Source: Candidatus Calditenuaceae archaeon HR02 (lineage in GTDB: Archaea > Thermoproteota > Nitrososphaeria_A > Caldarchaeales > Calditenuaceae). From it: DNA of 64,000 nucleotides. The stretch lies in the NCBI GenBank assembly GCA_002898395.1, contig BEHE01000008.1, positions 20,640-84,639 of the forward strand. The letters are read 5' to 3'. The notes under the pieces are model-generated. The model saw only the letters and a list, made by a program, of their open reading frames with translations, was not told the origin of the DNA and ran no database searches. Positions 33,893-42,651 of this stretch are shown here, in pieces (within the stretch, counting starts at the first letter, position 1; the number at the start of each line of letters is the position of its first letter). A program made the position numbers and the translations under genes.

Positions 33893-34156
33893 TTTAAACC
33901 GGAATGGAAAGAACTACATGCTTCTGGTTTACGACCAATATGTATTCATTCGTGACGTGGAGGTCGAGTCGAGTGCAAAAATCGCCTCTTATAGATGCAC
34001 TGATTTCCAAAAATGCATGCTAGCTCAGGCACAGGGCTTCTAAGAACCTTGGAATGGTGGAGGAGTTGTTAGAGGCCCTCAGCCATGCAGGGGGTTAGAA
34101 GGAGCTTGTATCCGAATAGTCGGCACGGCGATGGCTTTATCAGTTGGTAAAATAAT

Positions 34157-34963
34157 GTGGTGGAAGAGTTGCATCTTACAGTTGTGTATAGAGGAGATAA
34201 GATGGGTGCTGAAAGCAAGGCGTTGGAACTCAAGAGAATCATTGCTGAACATGGATGTGAGTATGATTTGTATGAGGTGGGTGAGGAGGGAGTAAAGGGT
34301 CCTCTGAGCTGCGACTACTTGATAGTCCTTGGAGGTGACGGCACAATACTCGCCTCCATCCACTCATTAGAGGAGCCTGAAACCCCGGTGCTGGCGATAT
34401 CGTATGGGAGAGGGGGGTATCTCGCAGATGCAACACCTGATGAAGCAAATCATGCCGTGAAATCGCTACTCATCGGAAACTATAGGCTTGAGAGGCTCAT
34501 GAGACTTGACATATCAATCGACGGGGAATTCATTTCCAACGCCGTTAACGAGGCTTATGTCTCAAACTCCTCACCGGGTAAAGTGGTTGAGTTCGACTTG
34601 GAAGTCGAGAGGCTAAGGCTTCAAAACATAGTTGCCGACGGCATGGTCTTCTCAACACCTGTCGGATCTACAGGCTACAACTCCTCACTCGGCGGCCCAC
34701 TCGTCGACGAGGAGTTGGAACTAATCATCACGACACCAGTAGCCCCGATCACGAACATCAAGCCACTTGTCTTTTCGCCCCTCAGGAAGATTGTGATGAA
34801 GTGTCGGCGAGGACCATTCAGCGTCCTAATAGATGGACTCGTGAGGCGGGAGTTTGAGGGAGGAGAGGTCGAGGTCACGAAGTCTAGGCATAGCACAGTC
34901 CTAGTGAGGACCTCGGGGGTAACGCTCTGTGAACGGAGATTCAAGAGGCGTCTCGGTATATAA
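34157..34963 (+). CDS. nadK: NAD(+) kinase
   Basis: GGDGT, VNE, ADG..STPVGSTGYNSSLGGP. Confidence 0.92.
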   Translation: MVEELHLTVVYRGDKMGAESKALELKRIIAEHGCEYDLYEVGEEGVKGPLSCDYLIVLGGDGTILASIHSLEEPETPVLAISYGRGGYLADATPDEANHAVKSLLIGNYRLERLMRLDISIDGEFISNAVNEAYVSNSSPGKVVEFDLEVERLRLQNIVADGMVFSTPVGSTGYNSSLGGPLVDEELELIITTPVAPITNIKPLVFSPLRKIVMKCRRGPFSVLIDGLVRREFEGGEVEVTKSRHSTVLVRTSGVTLCERRFKRRLGI

Positions 34964-35360
34964 TAGGGCGTTTGTTTTAGACACCGCCGCCCTGCTTTTG
35001 GGATTCACAGCAGAAGAAGACACATATACGACGGAAGAAAATATTAAGGAGGTTAAGCACGACGAGTTAAAAGTCGCCAGGCTACAAGCCATGCTAGACT
35101 CAGGTGCTATAAAAACCATAAAACCAACCCTCGCGTCACTCAACACCGTCCAGCAAAAATCAAGAACACTTAAAATCAATCTCTCACGAGCAGACACTAC
35201 TTTGCTAGCAGCGGCACTAGACCTCAGAGTAAAATACGAAAGTTTAACCGTCGTGACCGATGACTACGCCGTACAGCGACTAGCAGCAGAACTCGGGCTA
35301 AACTATATTCCACTAAAACTGCCCGGAATCAGGAAAAATAGACACCGACCAATAAAATGA
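34929..35360 (+). CDS. NOB1-like PIN endonuclease
   Basis: VLDTAALL, EVK, LSRAD, TDDYAVQ; no zinc ribbon. Confidence 0.8.
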   Translation: MNGDSRGVSVYNRAFVLDTAALLLGFTAEEDTYTTEENIKEVKHDELKVARLQAMLDSGAIKTIKPTLASLNTVQQKSRTLKINLSRADTTLLAAALDLRVKYESLTVVTDDYAVQRLAAELGLNYIPLKLPGIRKNRHRPIK

Positions 35361-35720
35361 CTGGGCACTTATAGGCTATGTCTTGAGCATTATAGAAACC
35401 CTTACATGCAATTTCATGGCCTATCCTCAAATAAGTCATTATCAATACCGGTTATCCCCTTTCTAGACACTTTTCTAGTCAAAACGAAACGCTCACGCCG
35501 TTGGGATATGTAGACTTATAGGACCGGCTGGCAATGGTGGATCAGGACAGGCTCTTCAAGTTGCTGGGGGGAGGCCTTGAGCTATTCGTTCAACGGATAA
35601 GGAGGCACAATTAACTCACCGATCGCTTGAGGAGCTACGCATTGGAGCTCGGTGAGGTAGCCCGACGCGTCTCAGTTCACCGACCATGGGTTTATAAGTA
35701 GTGGCCGAGTCGTTAGAAAC

Positions 35721-37076
35721 ATGAGCAGTAGAGTAATTGTCATAGGAGGGGGCGCGGCCGGAGCTTCAGCGGCCGCGAGGGCCAGGAGGATGGACCCAGA
35801 GGCCGAGGTGACCCTGATCGAAAGGACTGGGATGATAACCCACGCTCCTTGCGGCATCCCTTTCGCGATATCGGGACTCGTCCAGAGCTACAGGATGCTC
35901 AGGACCTACTCTCCTGAGAGGTTCGCCTCCGAGAGGAGGATAAGGGTCCTGACGAACGCGACGGTGACCTCGATCGACGTCGACGGCAAACGAGTCGAGG
36001 TCTCGCTCGGAGACGGCAGGACGGAGAAGCTCTCATGGGACTCGCTGGTGATAGCGACGGGCGCTAAGCCGCTGATACCTCGTGGACTCGAGGGGGTGGA
36101 GGAGGCGAGGCCAGTTCTACTGAGGCACCCGGAGGACGTGGTGGAGGCGCAGCGGAGGCTCTCCGGCGCTTCTAAGGTCGCGGTCCTCGGAGGGGGGTAC
36201 ATCGGCGTCGAGGCTGCGGAGGCCCTTATCGACCTCGGGAAGAAGGTGACGCTGTACGAGATGATGGACAGGCTTCTGCCAACGGCGATCGACGGTGACG
36301 TCTCGAGGGTCCTCGAGGAGTCGGTGCGGCGTGCGGGCGTTGACCTGAGGCTCGGCCAGCCGGTTAGGGCCCTGAGGAGGAGGTCAGATGGGATAGCCGT
36401 GATCACCGACGCCGGCGAGGAGGTTTTCGACGAGGTGGTGATGGGGCTGGGCGTGAGGGCAAACGCGGACCTCGCGGTCTCGGCCGGCGTGAAGCTCGGA
36501 GCGACCGGGGCTGTGGAGACCGACGAGTTCATGCGGACGAACCTCGAGGGCGTCTTCGCGGCCGGTGATCTGGTAGAGAAGCACCACCTCCTGCTCGGTA
36601 AAAGGGTCTGGATACCTCTGGCACCTGCGGCGAACAAGGAGGGGCAGGTGGCCGGTGCGAACGCCGTGGTCCCGGGATCGCTCAAGATGAGGGGCATCGT
36701 GGGAACGGCCGTGACGAAGTTCAGGAACACGTACGTTGCCAGGACTGGCCTGTCGGAGACGGAGGCCAGGGCCAACGGGTTCAACGTAGAGTCGACCCTG
36801 ATCAAGGCCAGGACCAAGGCCGGGTACTATCCCGGAGGGGTTGAGGTGACGGTGAAGATGGTGGCCCAGTCCGGAAGCGGAAGGTTGCTCGGGGTGCAGG
36901 TGGTGGGGGACGATCCGGTCGTCGCGGGGTACGCCGACGTCGCTGCGACTGCGATAACCGCGGGCTTCACGATCGAGGACCTCTTCTTCACCGACATAGG
37001 TTACATGCCGGCCACCGCGCCCGTCTGGCACCCGCTGATCGTGGCTGCCAGGACCCTCTCGGGAGGAAGGTTCTGA
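35721..37076 (+). CDS. CoA-disulfide/persulfide reductase (NADH oxidase family)
   Basis: GGGAAG, HAPCGIP active-site Cys, GGGYIG, AAGD, C-terminal FFTDIGY.PATAPVW; visibly GC-rich. Confidence 0.88.
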   Translation: MSSRVIVIGGGAAGASAAARARRMDPEAEVTLIERTGMITHAPCGIPFAISGLVQSYRMLRTYSPERFASERRIRVLTNATVTSIDVDGKRVEVSLGDGRTEKLSWDSLVIATGAKPLIPRGLEGVEEARPVLLRHPEDVVEAQRRLSGASKVAVLGGGYIGVEAAEALIDLGKKVTLYEMMDRLLPTAIDGDVSRVLEESVRRAGVDLRLGQPVRALRRRSDGIAVITDAGEEVFDEVVMGLGVRANADLAVSAGVKLGATGAVETDEFMRTNLEGVFAAGDLVEKHHLLLGKRVWIPLAPAANKEGQVAGANAVVPGSLKMRGIVGTAVTKFRNTYVARTGLSETEARANGFNVESTLIKARTKAGYYPGGVEVTVKMVAQSGSGRLLGVQVVGDDPVVAGYADVAATAITAGFTIEDLFFTDIGYMPATAPVWHPLIVAARTLSGGRF

Positions 37077-37385
37077 GGTAAGGAATAGAGGAGGCGGGGT
37101 GGGCGATAGGTTTATGAGCGGTTGAGGGCCTCACCAAATCCGCTGACTTAAGGACCAAGAGGGGGATGGACCTCTGCCCCCCCCCCGATGGGAGAGGTAG
37201 TCGCATGGACCTCGCATACAAACCTCGCGCCAATAGCTCTCGCATACCTTAGGGCTACGGGCCCTGTCCGGATGGTTAGCTTTTGAGCTACCCAGCGTTC
37301 TCTACACGTGCCTATAATATGCTCAGATGAGCAGTGTTCCTCCTGCAAGGAGGGTTGAGAATAGTCACGGGGCGATGATGTAAGC

Positions 37386-38813
37386 TTATTCCACACAGCA
37401 GCTCATCTTCTGCAATGGTCTGAGGAAGGCCTGTGCACTTAACTTCAGGGCCTCTGCGTATGTGGGGAACACGTGTATGGTGTTGACGATGTCCATGAAT
37501 GTCTTGCCATATTTGATGTATAGGGCTGCCTCGGTTATGTATTCGGCTGCGTTGTGTGAGACGATGTGCGCCCCCAACACCCTGCCATCGTCGGGCGCTA
37601 TCACCAGCTTGGCCAGGCCAAGTGCACCCATCATTCTAGCCTTTGCGACGTTCTCCAAGGAAACTATCCTGCACGAGCATGCACCGAACCTCTTCACCAC
37701 CTCCCTCTCAGTCAAACCCACTGAAGCCGCCTGCGGCTCAGTGAATACCACAAATGGAACGGCATCATAATCCATAGAAGCCGAACCCTCTTCGACGATG
37801 TTGGAAGCAGCCACCACACCCTCACGAGCAGACAGTGTCTCAAGCATTAGAGGCTTGGCTACACAGTCACCCGCGGAGTATATGTTGGGTGCACTTGTTC
37901 GCATCATCTCGTCCACCTTTATGAAGCCTCGCCCGTCGACGGCTACGCCACATTTTTCCAGCCCGATTCCATCCGTGTTTGGTTTTCTGCCTGTCGCTAC
38001 CAGTATGGCGTCAGACTCTATGGTCTGCCTGCCCTCGTTGGTCACAACCACGGCGTGACTGTGACCTCCATGCTTCGAGAACTCTACAATCCTAGCCTTC
38101 ATGATAATCCTCATCCCCTCGTCAGCCAATATATTGGCCAGTGTGGAGGATATCTCAGGCTCCATGTTGGGCAGAATCCTGTCAAGCACCTCGACCAGCG
38201 TCACTTGACAGCCCAGTCTCTGCATAGCCTGACCTATCTCAAGCCCCACGGCACCCCCGCCCACCAGGAGCATGCTCTCGGGGAGGCTCTCTATCCCCCA
38301 TATCGTGTCGGTGGTGTAGTATCCCACCTCCTCCAACCCAGGTATGCTGGGCACGGATGGACGTGAGCCAGTTGCTATGAGGGCCTTTTGGAACCGTACC
38401 TCGCGTACTCCCTCACTTGTCTCCACCGCGATGGTATGGGTTGAGGTGAATGAGGCCCTGCCCTCCACATGCTCCACGTTCGGATAATGCTTCAGGACAT
38501 CAACATATTTCTCGCTACGCATAGAATCTACAAAACTGCGGAGAGAGCCCATTAACCTGCCGAAGTCGAGGTCCGCGCCTTTGGGCGTGACTCCGTCGAA
38601 CAAGGCCATGTGGCTGCTGTGATAGTGTTTGGCAGCCTCTATCAGGTATTTAGAGGGCACGCAGCCTACGTTGACACATGTTCCACCAAGCCTCCCAGCG
38701 GAAACCATCAAGATACTCATCCTACCCCCTGTTAGCTCGCTAGCCTTTATCGCAGCACTGAAAGCGGCAGCTCCTCCGCCGATTATAATCAAGTCGTATT
38801 TGGTATTTCTCAT
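37386..38813 (-). CDS. merA: Mercuric reductase (archaeal type, no NmerA domain)
   Basis: GGTCVNVGCVPSK, IHVFPT and C-terminal MSCC pair. Confidence 0.92.
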   Translation of the reverse strand: MRNTKYDLIIIGGGAAAFSAAIKASELTGGRMSILMVSAGRLGGTCVNVGCVPSKYLIEAAKHYHSSHMALFDGVTPKGADLDFGRLMGSLRSFVDSMRSEKYVDVLKHYPNVEHVEGRASFTSTHTIAVETSEGVREVRFQKALIATGSRPSVPSIPGLEEVGYYTTDTIWGIESLPESMLLVGGGAVGLEIGQAMQRLGCQVTLVEVLDRILPNMEPEISSTLANILADEGMRIIMKARIVEFSKHGGHSHAVVVTNEGRQTIESDAILVATGRKPNTDGIGLEKCGVAVDGRGFIKVDEMMRTSAPNIYSAGDCVAKPLMLETLSAREGVVAASNIVEEGSASMDYDAVPFVVFTEPQAASVGLTEREVVKRFGACSCRIVSLENVAKARMMGALGLAKLVIAPDDGRVLGAHIVSHNAAEYITEAALYIKYGKTFMDIVNTIHVFPTYAEALKLSAQAFLRPLQKMSCCVE

Positions 38814-38853
38814 TTCATTTCCCTCGGTTAAACTGAATTCCTGGGTAGATAGT

Positions 38854-38973
38854 TCATAGACCAGGCATCACCTTCTTTTTTCTTTCCCGCTTAATTCCTT
38901 CCGGCATCTCTTCTACTTTCTTTTCCGCGGTCCTTGCTTCTTCACCCATTCCGCCGCAGCAACACTCACACAT
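38854..38973 (-). CDS. 39-aa Cys-rich micro-protein MCECCCGGMGEEARTAEKKVEEMPEGIKRERKKKVMPGL
   Basis: Translated by hand: ATG 38973 to TGA 38854, TATA box about 24 nt upstream, 40 nt before merA; below the ORF-track cutoff. Confidence 0.72.
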   Translation of the reverse strand: MCECCCGGMGEEARTAEKKVEEMPEGIKRERKKKVMPGL

Positions 38974-38996
38974 CGATAATAACCCCTATAGAATGG

Positions 38997-39047
38997 TATA
39001 TAAGTTATACGGTTTGTAATCATATAGTAACTATAATAGAGAAAAGT
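38997..39047 (-). promoter_or_regulatory. TATA box plus shared upstream motif, copy 1 (micro-ORF/merA)
   Basis: + strand TATATAAG at 38997; TAGTAACTAT-AATAGAGA-AAAGT at 39025-39047. Confidence 0.7.
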
Positions 39048-39090
39048 TTATCAAGGAAGCGGTCGATAAAACTTCGGGAGACCCTGTTTA

Positions 39091-40689
39091 TCAGCCAAAC
39101 ATTAACTTATCCATGGTTGACATGATAATTCCTCTCTTTTCGTCAGGAAGCCTCGCCACACATTCTATCATACTCTTTCTAACTATAGCTCGAAGGTTGC
39201 TTGGCAGTGTTTCCAGACCATCCATCATGTATTTCACATGTTCCAGCCTCTGCCGGCCTGGACAAGTCGCCAAAAAGTCGAGCCTCTTATACATGACTAC
39301 TAGTCTCTTTTCTTCCGATAGTGCAGCAAGCATGCCGGGCATTATCCTAAGTAAAGCTCTGAACTCGTTTCTTAGTGCTAGAGGTCTCACTACCAGCATC
39401 AGGATGGCTCCTAAAACAAAGAGAAAAATTCCTATGGAAAAATCTAGAGGATTGTTGGCATAGTTCAGGCTGTTTGTGAATACATGGATTTTTGTTCTAA
39501 AGGCAAATGCAAAGCTATAGATCAGAAGTACCACCCCCACCCAAAGAAGCAATTGCTTAAGGAATAGCTGTCGTCTTGTTTCTAAGCCTTCCAATAATCG
39601 TGACTTATACATCATCCTCACTGGAACCAAGATGATGAAAGATATGACAACCGGAATTATGGCTGGCCAGTCTTCAGAACTTGGCACTAGAACGGTGAAT
39701 GGTACTACCGCCCGAAAGGCATTAAGAAATCCATAGAGAAGGATCAATAGACCGAAGAACAGTAAGGATTCTTTGGCAAAATTTATTTTGTTTTTGAGTA
39801 CTCCGCTGTTTCCAAGCAACCTCTCTCTTCTCAAAATCATTTTGAATATTCCTCTTATGGGAATGAGAAACATTATTCCCCAGAAGGCCAGAATAAACCC
39901 CCACCAATTCCATCGTGGCAGAGTAGGATCGATGTGAAGCATCAGGATAAGCCCCATTCCGGTGAGCAAAACACCCTTGACAAGATTTACCCCACCAGGC
40001 AAAATCAGGTCAGGTCTGAAGGCAAACATTTCCCCCAATTCCAAGCCACTAACATACTGACCATGTGTCTTGCTGGATCCAAGCCATGCGGCAGAAGCCC
40101 AGAATCCAATTAGTAATCCGATAAGGACGAACGCAGGCAAGCTTAATTTTGTAGTTGCCGTTAAAAAGAATTGCTCCATGGAGAGCTTGCCAGATTCCTC
40201 CAACTGGTGTAGTTCATGCAATAAAGGTATAGCAACTGTTAATCCAAAGGTAGCAATGGCGATGAACAATGGCATGAAAATTACCCCAGCAATAAACAAA
40301 ACCGGTTTGTACTTGAAGTAATGCTGAAGCTCGGTAATCGGATAGAGCATTATGCTCATAACCGCAGCAACTAGGCCGATTCCAATGATGGCTTCTGGCA
40401 AAAATAGTGGAACCTTTCTTTGTGTAAGGGAAACCGACATGATAAGATATAGAATCCCCAAAAAAGGCAATGAGAGAAAGTGCAGGATCGGGATAGATTT
40501 TCTAACTTTTCCAACGTAAGCTGTGAATGTAAATGTTACGGGAAGAGAATACGCAACCAAAAGGCCCTCTAAAAATTTTTCATTACTAAATAGGTTTCCC
40601 ATCAGCCAGTACCATGACAAGAATGTAAAAAGGAATAGCAAAAAGAGTGGAACAACGCCCACTATGAAAGGAATACTTCTCATACTCAT
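39091..40689 (-). CDS. Unknown polytopic membrane protein with four C-terminal 19-aa helical repeats
   Basis: About 11-12 hydrophobic segments; C-terminal LxxLPxxxR repeats. Confidence 0.85.
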   Translation of the reverse strand: MSMRSIPFIVGVVPLFLLFLFTFLSWYWLMGNLFSNEKFLEGLLVAYSLPVTFTFTAYVGKVRKSIPILHFLSLPFLGILYLIMSVSLTQRKVPLFLPEAIIGIGLVAAVMSIMLYPITELQHYFKYKPVLFIAGVIFMPLFIAIATFGLTVAIPLLHELHQLEESGKLSMEQFFLTATTKLSLPAFVLIGLLIGFWASAAWLGSSKTHGQYVSGLELGEMFAFRPDLILPGGVNLVKGVLLTGMGLILMLHIDPTLPRWNWWGFILAFWGIMFLIPIRGIFKMILRRERLLGNSGVLKNKINFAKESLLFFGLLILLYGFLNAFRAVVPFTVLVPSSEDWPAIIPVVISFIILVPVRMMYKSRLLEGLETRRQLFLKQLLLWVGVVLLIYSFAFAFRTKIHVFTNSLNYANNPLDFSIGIFLFVLGAILMLVVRPLALRNEFRALLRIMPGMLAALSEEKRLVVMYKRLDFLATCPGRQRLEHVKYMMDGLETLPSNLRAIVRKSMIECVARLPDEKRGIIMSTMDKLMFG

Positions 40690-40696
40690 ATGAGCT

Positions 40697-41089
40697 TTAC
40701 ATCTTTATCCCTAGCTCCCTCATCATCTTAAGCATCATTTCGCGACTTTCTGCGGGCAGTCCCATTAGAATAGCTTTTACTACCCGCATCTCTTTTAACT
40801 GTTTTTCAGAAGACAATTCCTGAAGCGCTGCAATATGTGTTTTCATCAACTTTACCTGGTCTGACTCTGGAAATCCCATTAGGACCTGAAGACGCGTTCT
40901 TGCCAGCTTCTCATATTTTTCTTCGGGCAAATCAAGTGCAACGTCAAGCATCATCTTCATCGCATCTTTTCTCTTGTCATCAGGCATCTCTGCAAAGCTT
41001 TTCAGCCGCGTTTCCATCATAGCTTTCCTTGTATCCTCGGAAACAGTAGCAAGGCTCTCAACCATTTCTTTCACAGGATTGCTTGCCAT
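40697..41089 (-). CDS. Unknown soluble Met-rich protein made of six 19-aa helical repeats
   Basis: Intact ORF 7 nt upstream of the 532-aa gene; exact 19-residue periodicity. Confidence 0.85.
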   Translation of the reverse strand: MASNPVKEMVESLATVSEDTRKAMMETRLKSFAEMPDDKRKDAMKMMLDVALDLPEEKYEKLARTRLQVLMGFPESDQVKLMKTHIAALQELSSEKQLKEMRVVKAILMGLPAESREMMLKMMRELGIKM

Positions 41090-41120
41090 ATTCCATCAAT
41101 GATAACTATCCATTATGTAG

Positions 41121-41171
41121 TATTTAAGCCACCTAGTTTATACCGTTATAGTGGCTATGCTATTCCATAGT
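41121..41171 (-). promoter_or_regulatory. TATA box plus shared upstream motif, copy 2
   Basis: + strand TATTTAAG at 41121; TAGTGGCTAT-GCTATTCC-ATAGT at 41149-41171. Confidence 0.72.
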
Positions 41172-41202
41172 AAGCATTGTATCAAGCCGGTTCACTCTCG
41201 CT

Positions 41203-41397
41203 TCATCTTCTTCTTTTCGAACTTGAGAACATCACAGCAGCTCTGACCTCTTCTTTTTGCGAATCTTTTTTCAAAAGACGGAATATCTTGATATCTACAG
41301 CAAGTCCTGCTCCAGCCCCTGCAATACCAAGAATGTATGGTACTCCAAAATAGCCGCCGATTATAAATCCAGCGAACAGGCCGATACAGCAGAACAA
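41203..41397 (-). CDS. Small membrane protein with N-terminal CC
   Basis: Two Gly-rich TM segments, basic tail, TATA-like box about 26-33 nt upstream. Confidence 0.6.
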   Translation of the reverse strand: MFCCIGLFAGFIIGGYFGVPYILGIAGAGAGLAVDIKIFRLLKKDSQKEEVRAAVMFSSSKRRR

Positions 41398-41532
41398 CTC
41401 ATGATAAAAAACGGAAGGAAATATTTAAGCACTAAAGTATAAAAATGCATAGCCAATATCGTTGAGAAAAGTTAGAAAACTCATTCGACGAATGAAAAAT
41501 TAGGGGAACTGATTAGGGTAGGGTGTTCCCCT

Positions 41533-41922
41533 CTATTTTTTATCCTTTTCTATCAATGTACAGGAGCAATGGGCGACGACCGTCCCTTTCTGTTTCAGCG
41601 CCCACTGAAGGATTGGAATTATAGCTGCCCTGAGCCCCTCCCCCTCTTTAGTGAGCGTATATTCAACTCTTGGAGGGATTTCGTTGAATGTCTCTCTTTT
41701 TACCAGGTTGTGTTTCGCCAGGTCTTTTAGTGTGTCTGCAAGTATCTTTGGACTGATTCCCTGTAGCTCCTTCATCAATTCGTTGTAGCGTATCCTCCCG
41801 TGGTTGCCTATTTCATTCACTACCAGGAGAGTCCATTTTTTGCCGATTAGGTCGATCACACCTTCTAGTGGGCAAAGGCATATAACACGGCTATCAGCTT
41901 TGCTACTTTTCTTGGTCGCCAC
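41533..41922 (-). CDS. HxlR/DUF24 winged-helix transcriptional regulator
   Basis: CP..IGKKWTLLVV, GISPKILADTLKDL, EIPPRVEYTLT. Confidence 0.92.
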   Translation of the reverse strand: MATKKSSKADSRVICLCPLEGVIDLIGKKWTLLVVNEIGNHGRIRYNELMKELQGISPKILADTLKDLAKHNLVKRETFNEIPPRVEYTLTKEGEGLRAAIIPILQWALKQKGTVVAHCSCTLIEKDKK

Positions 41923-42651
41923 AATGTTCGTACAAACCAGATAGCATAAATACTTTATTGTGAGATTTGGTAACCGTCGTTTCTTTACTTATCTCACAAA
42001 TTATTCTCAGCGTAGCTCAATTCTGGACAGGACACGGGTCTAAGAGTAATTAGATATGAAGATCGTACTGTTACGAGAGACCAAAAGGGTGGATAATTGG
42101 GCGTGAGTGATGTAGCTGTAGCTAAGATATCCGGAAAATTGTGCAAGATGCTGGCAGGTCAGGGACATTTTTGATGTATGGGACAGCAGGAACCCGTGAA
42201 GGAGTTCTACGCGTTTGGCAAAATGCTCAGGCAAATACTGAGGAGCACCATAAGGTCAGACAAGAATTATCGTAAAGTGGAAGACAGGCTAAGTTAAGGT
42301 TTGGAAATGAGTATCAAAGTTCTGATATCGTTACACTACCACTAAGGGGACTGTCTCCAGCAGGCGGCTGAAGATAGAGAAGAGAGGCTTTTTATGTTCC
42401 TTGAAAAAGAAAGGGTGCGATAGGGCAACAAAGTAGGTGAAAAATCTTCCAACTGTGTGTCGTTGGGGGCAAGGGGTCTGCGGTGCGACAGATGCAGACT
42501 ACGCGGACCGATTCTCTATGACCATGCGCTGGAGTATCTAGCAATCCTTTTAAAAAGATAAACAATTAATTTTCATAAAATATTTCAAGCCCCTCTTCAA
42601 GTCTGGGATATTCTACAGTTTATTCTTTCGCCATATTCATCATGATAAACC

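Noticed and set aside
33893-35720. Search for a tRNA or att site at the island edge
   Set aside because: No cloverleaf, TTCGA T-loop or direct repeat with the far end was found.
35906-37031. Long antisense ORFs (303 and 215 aa)
   Set aside because: Shadows of the GC-rich reductase gene; Ser/Thr/Pro- or Arg/His-biased with no motifs.
37148-37380. 82-aa ORF and C10 homopolymer between the reductase and merA
   Set aside because: It looks like a decayed fragment; no support for a phase-variable gene.
38996-39010. GTATA-N5-TATAC dyad resembling a QsrR box
   Set aside because: It overlaps the TATA box and is not repeated at the other three promoters; kept only as part of the promoter.
42000-42650. 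Coding-like debris, including a CDRC fragment
   Set aside because: Multiple stops and no recognisable family.
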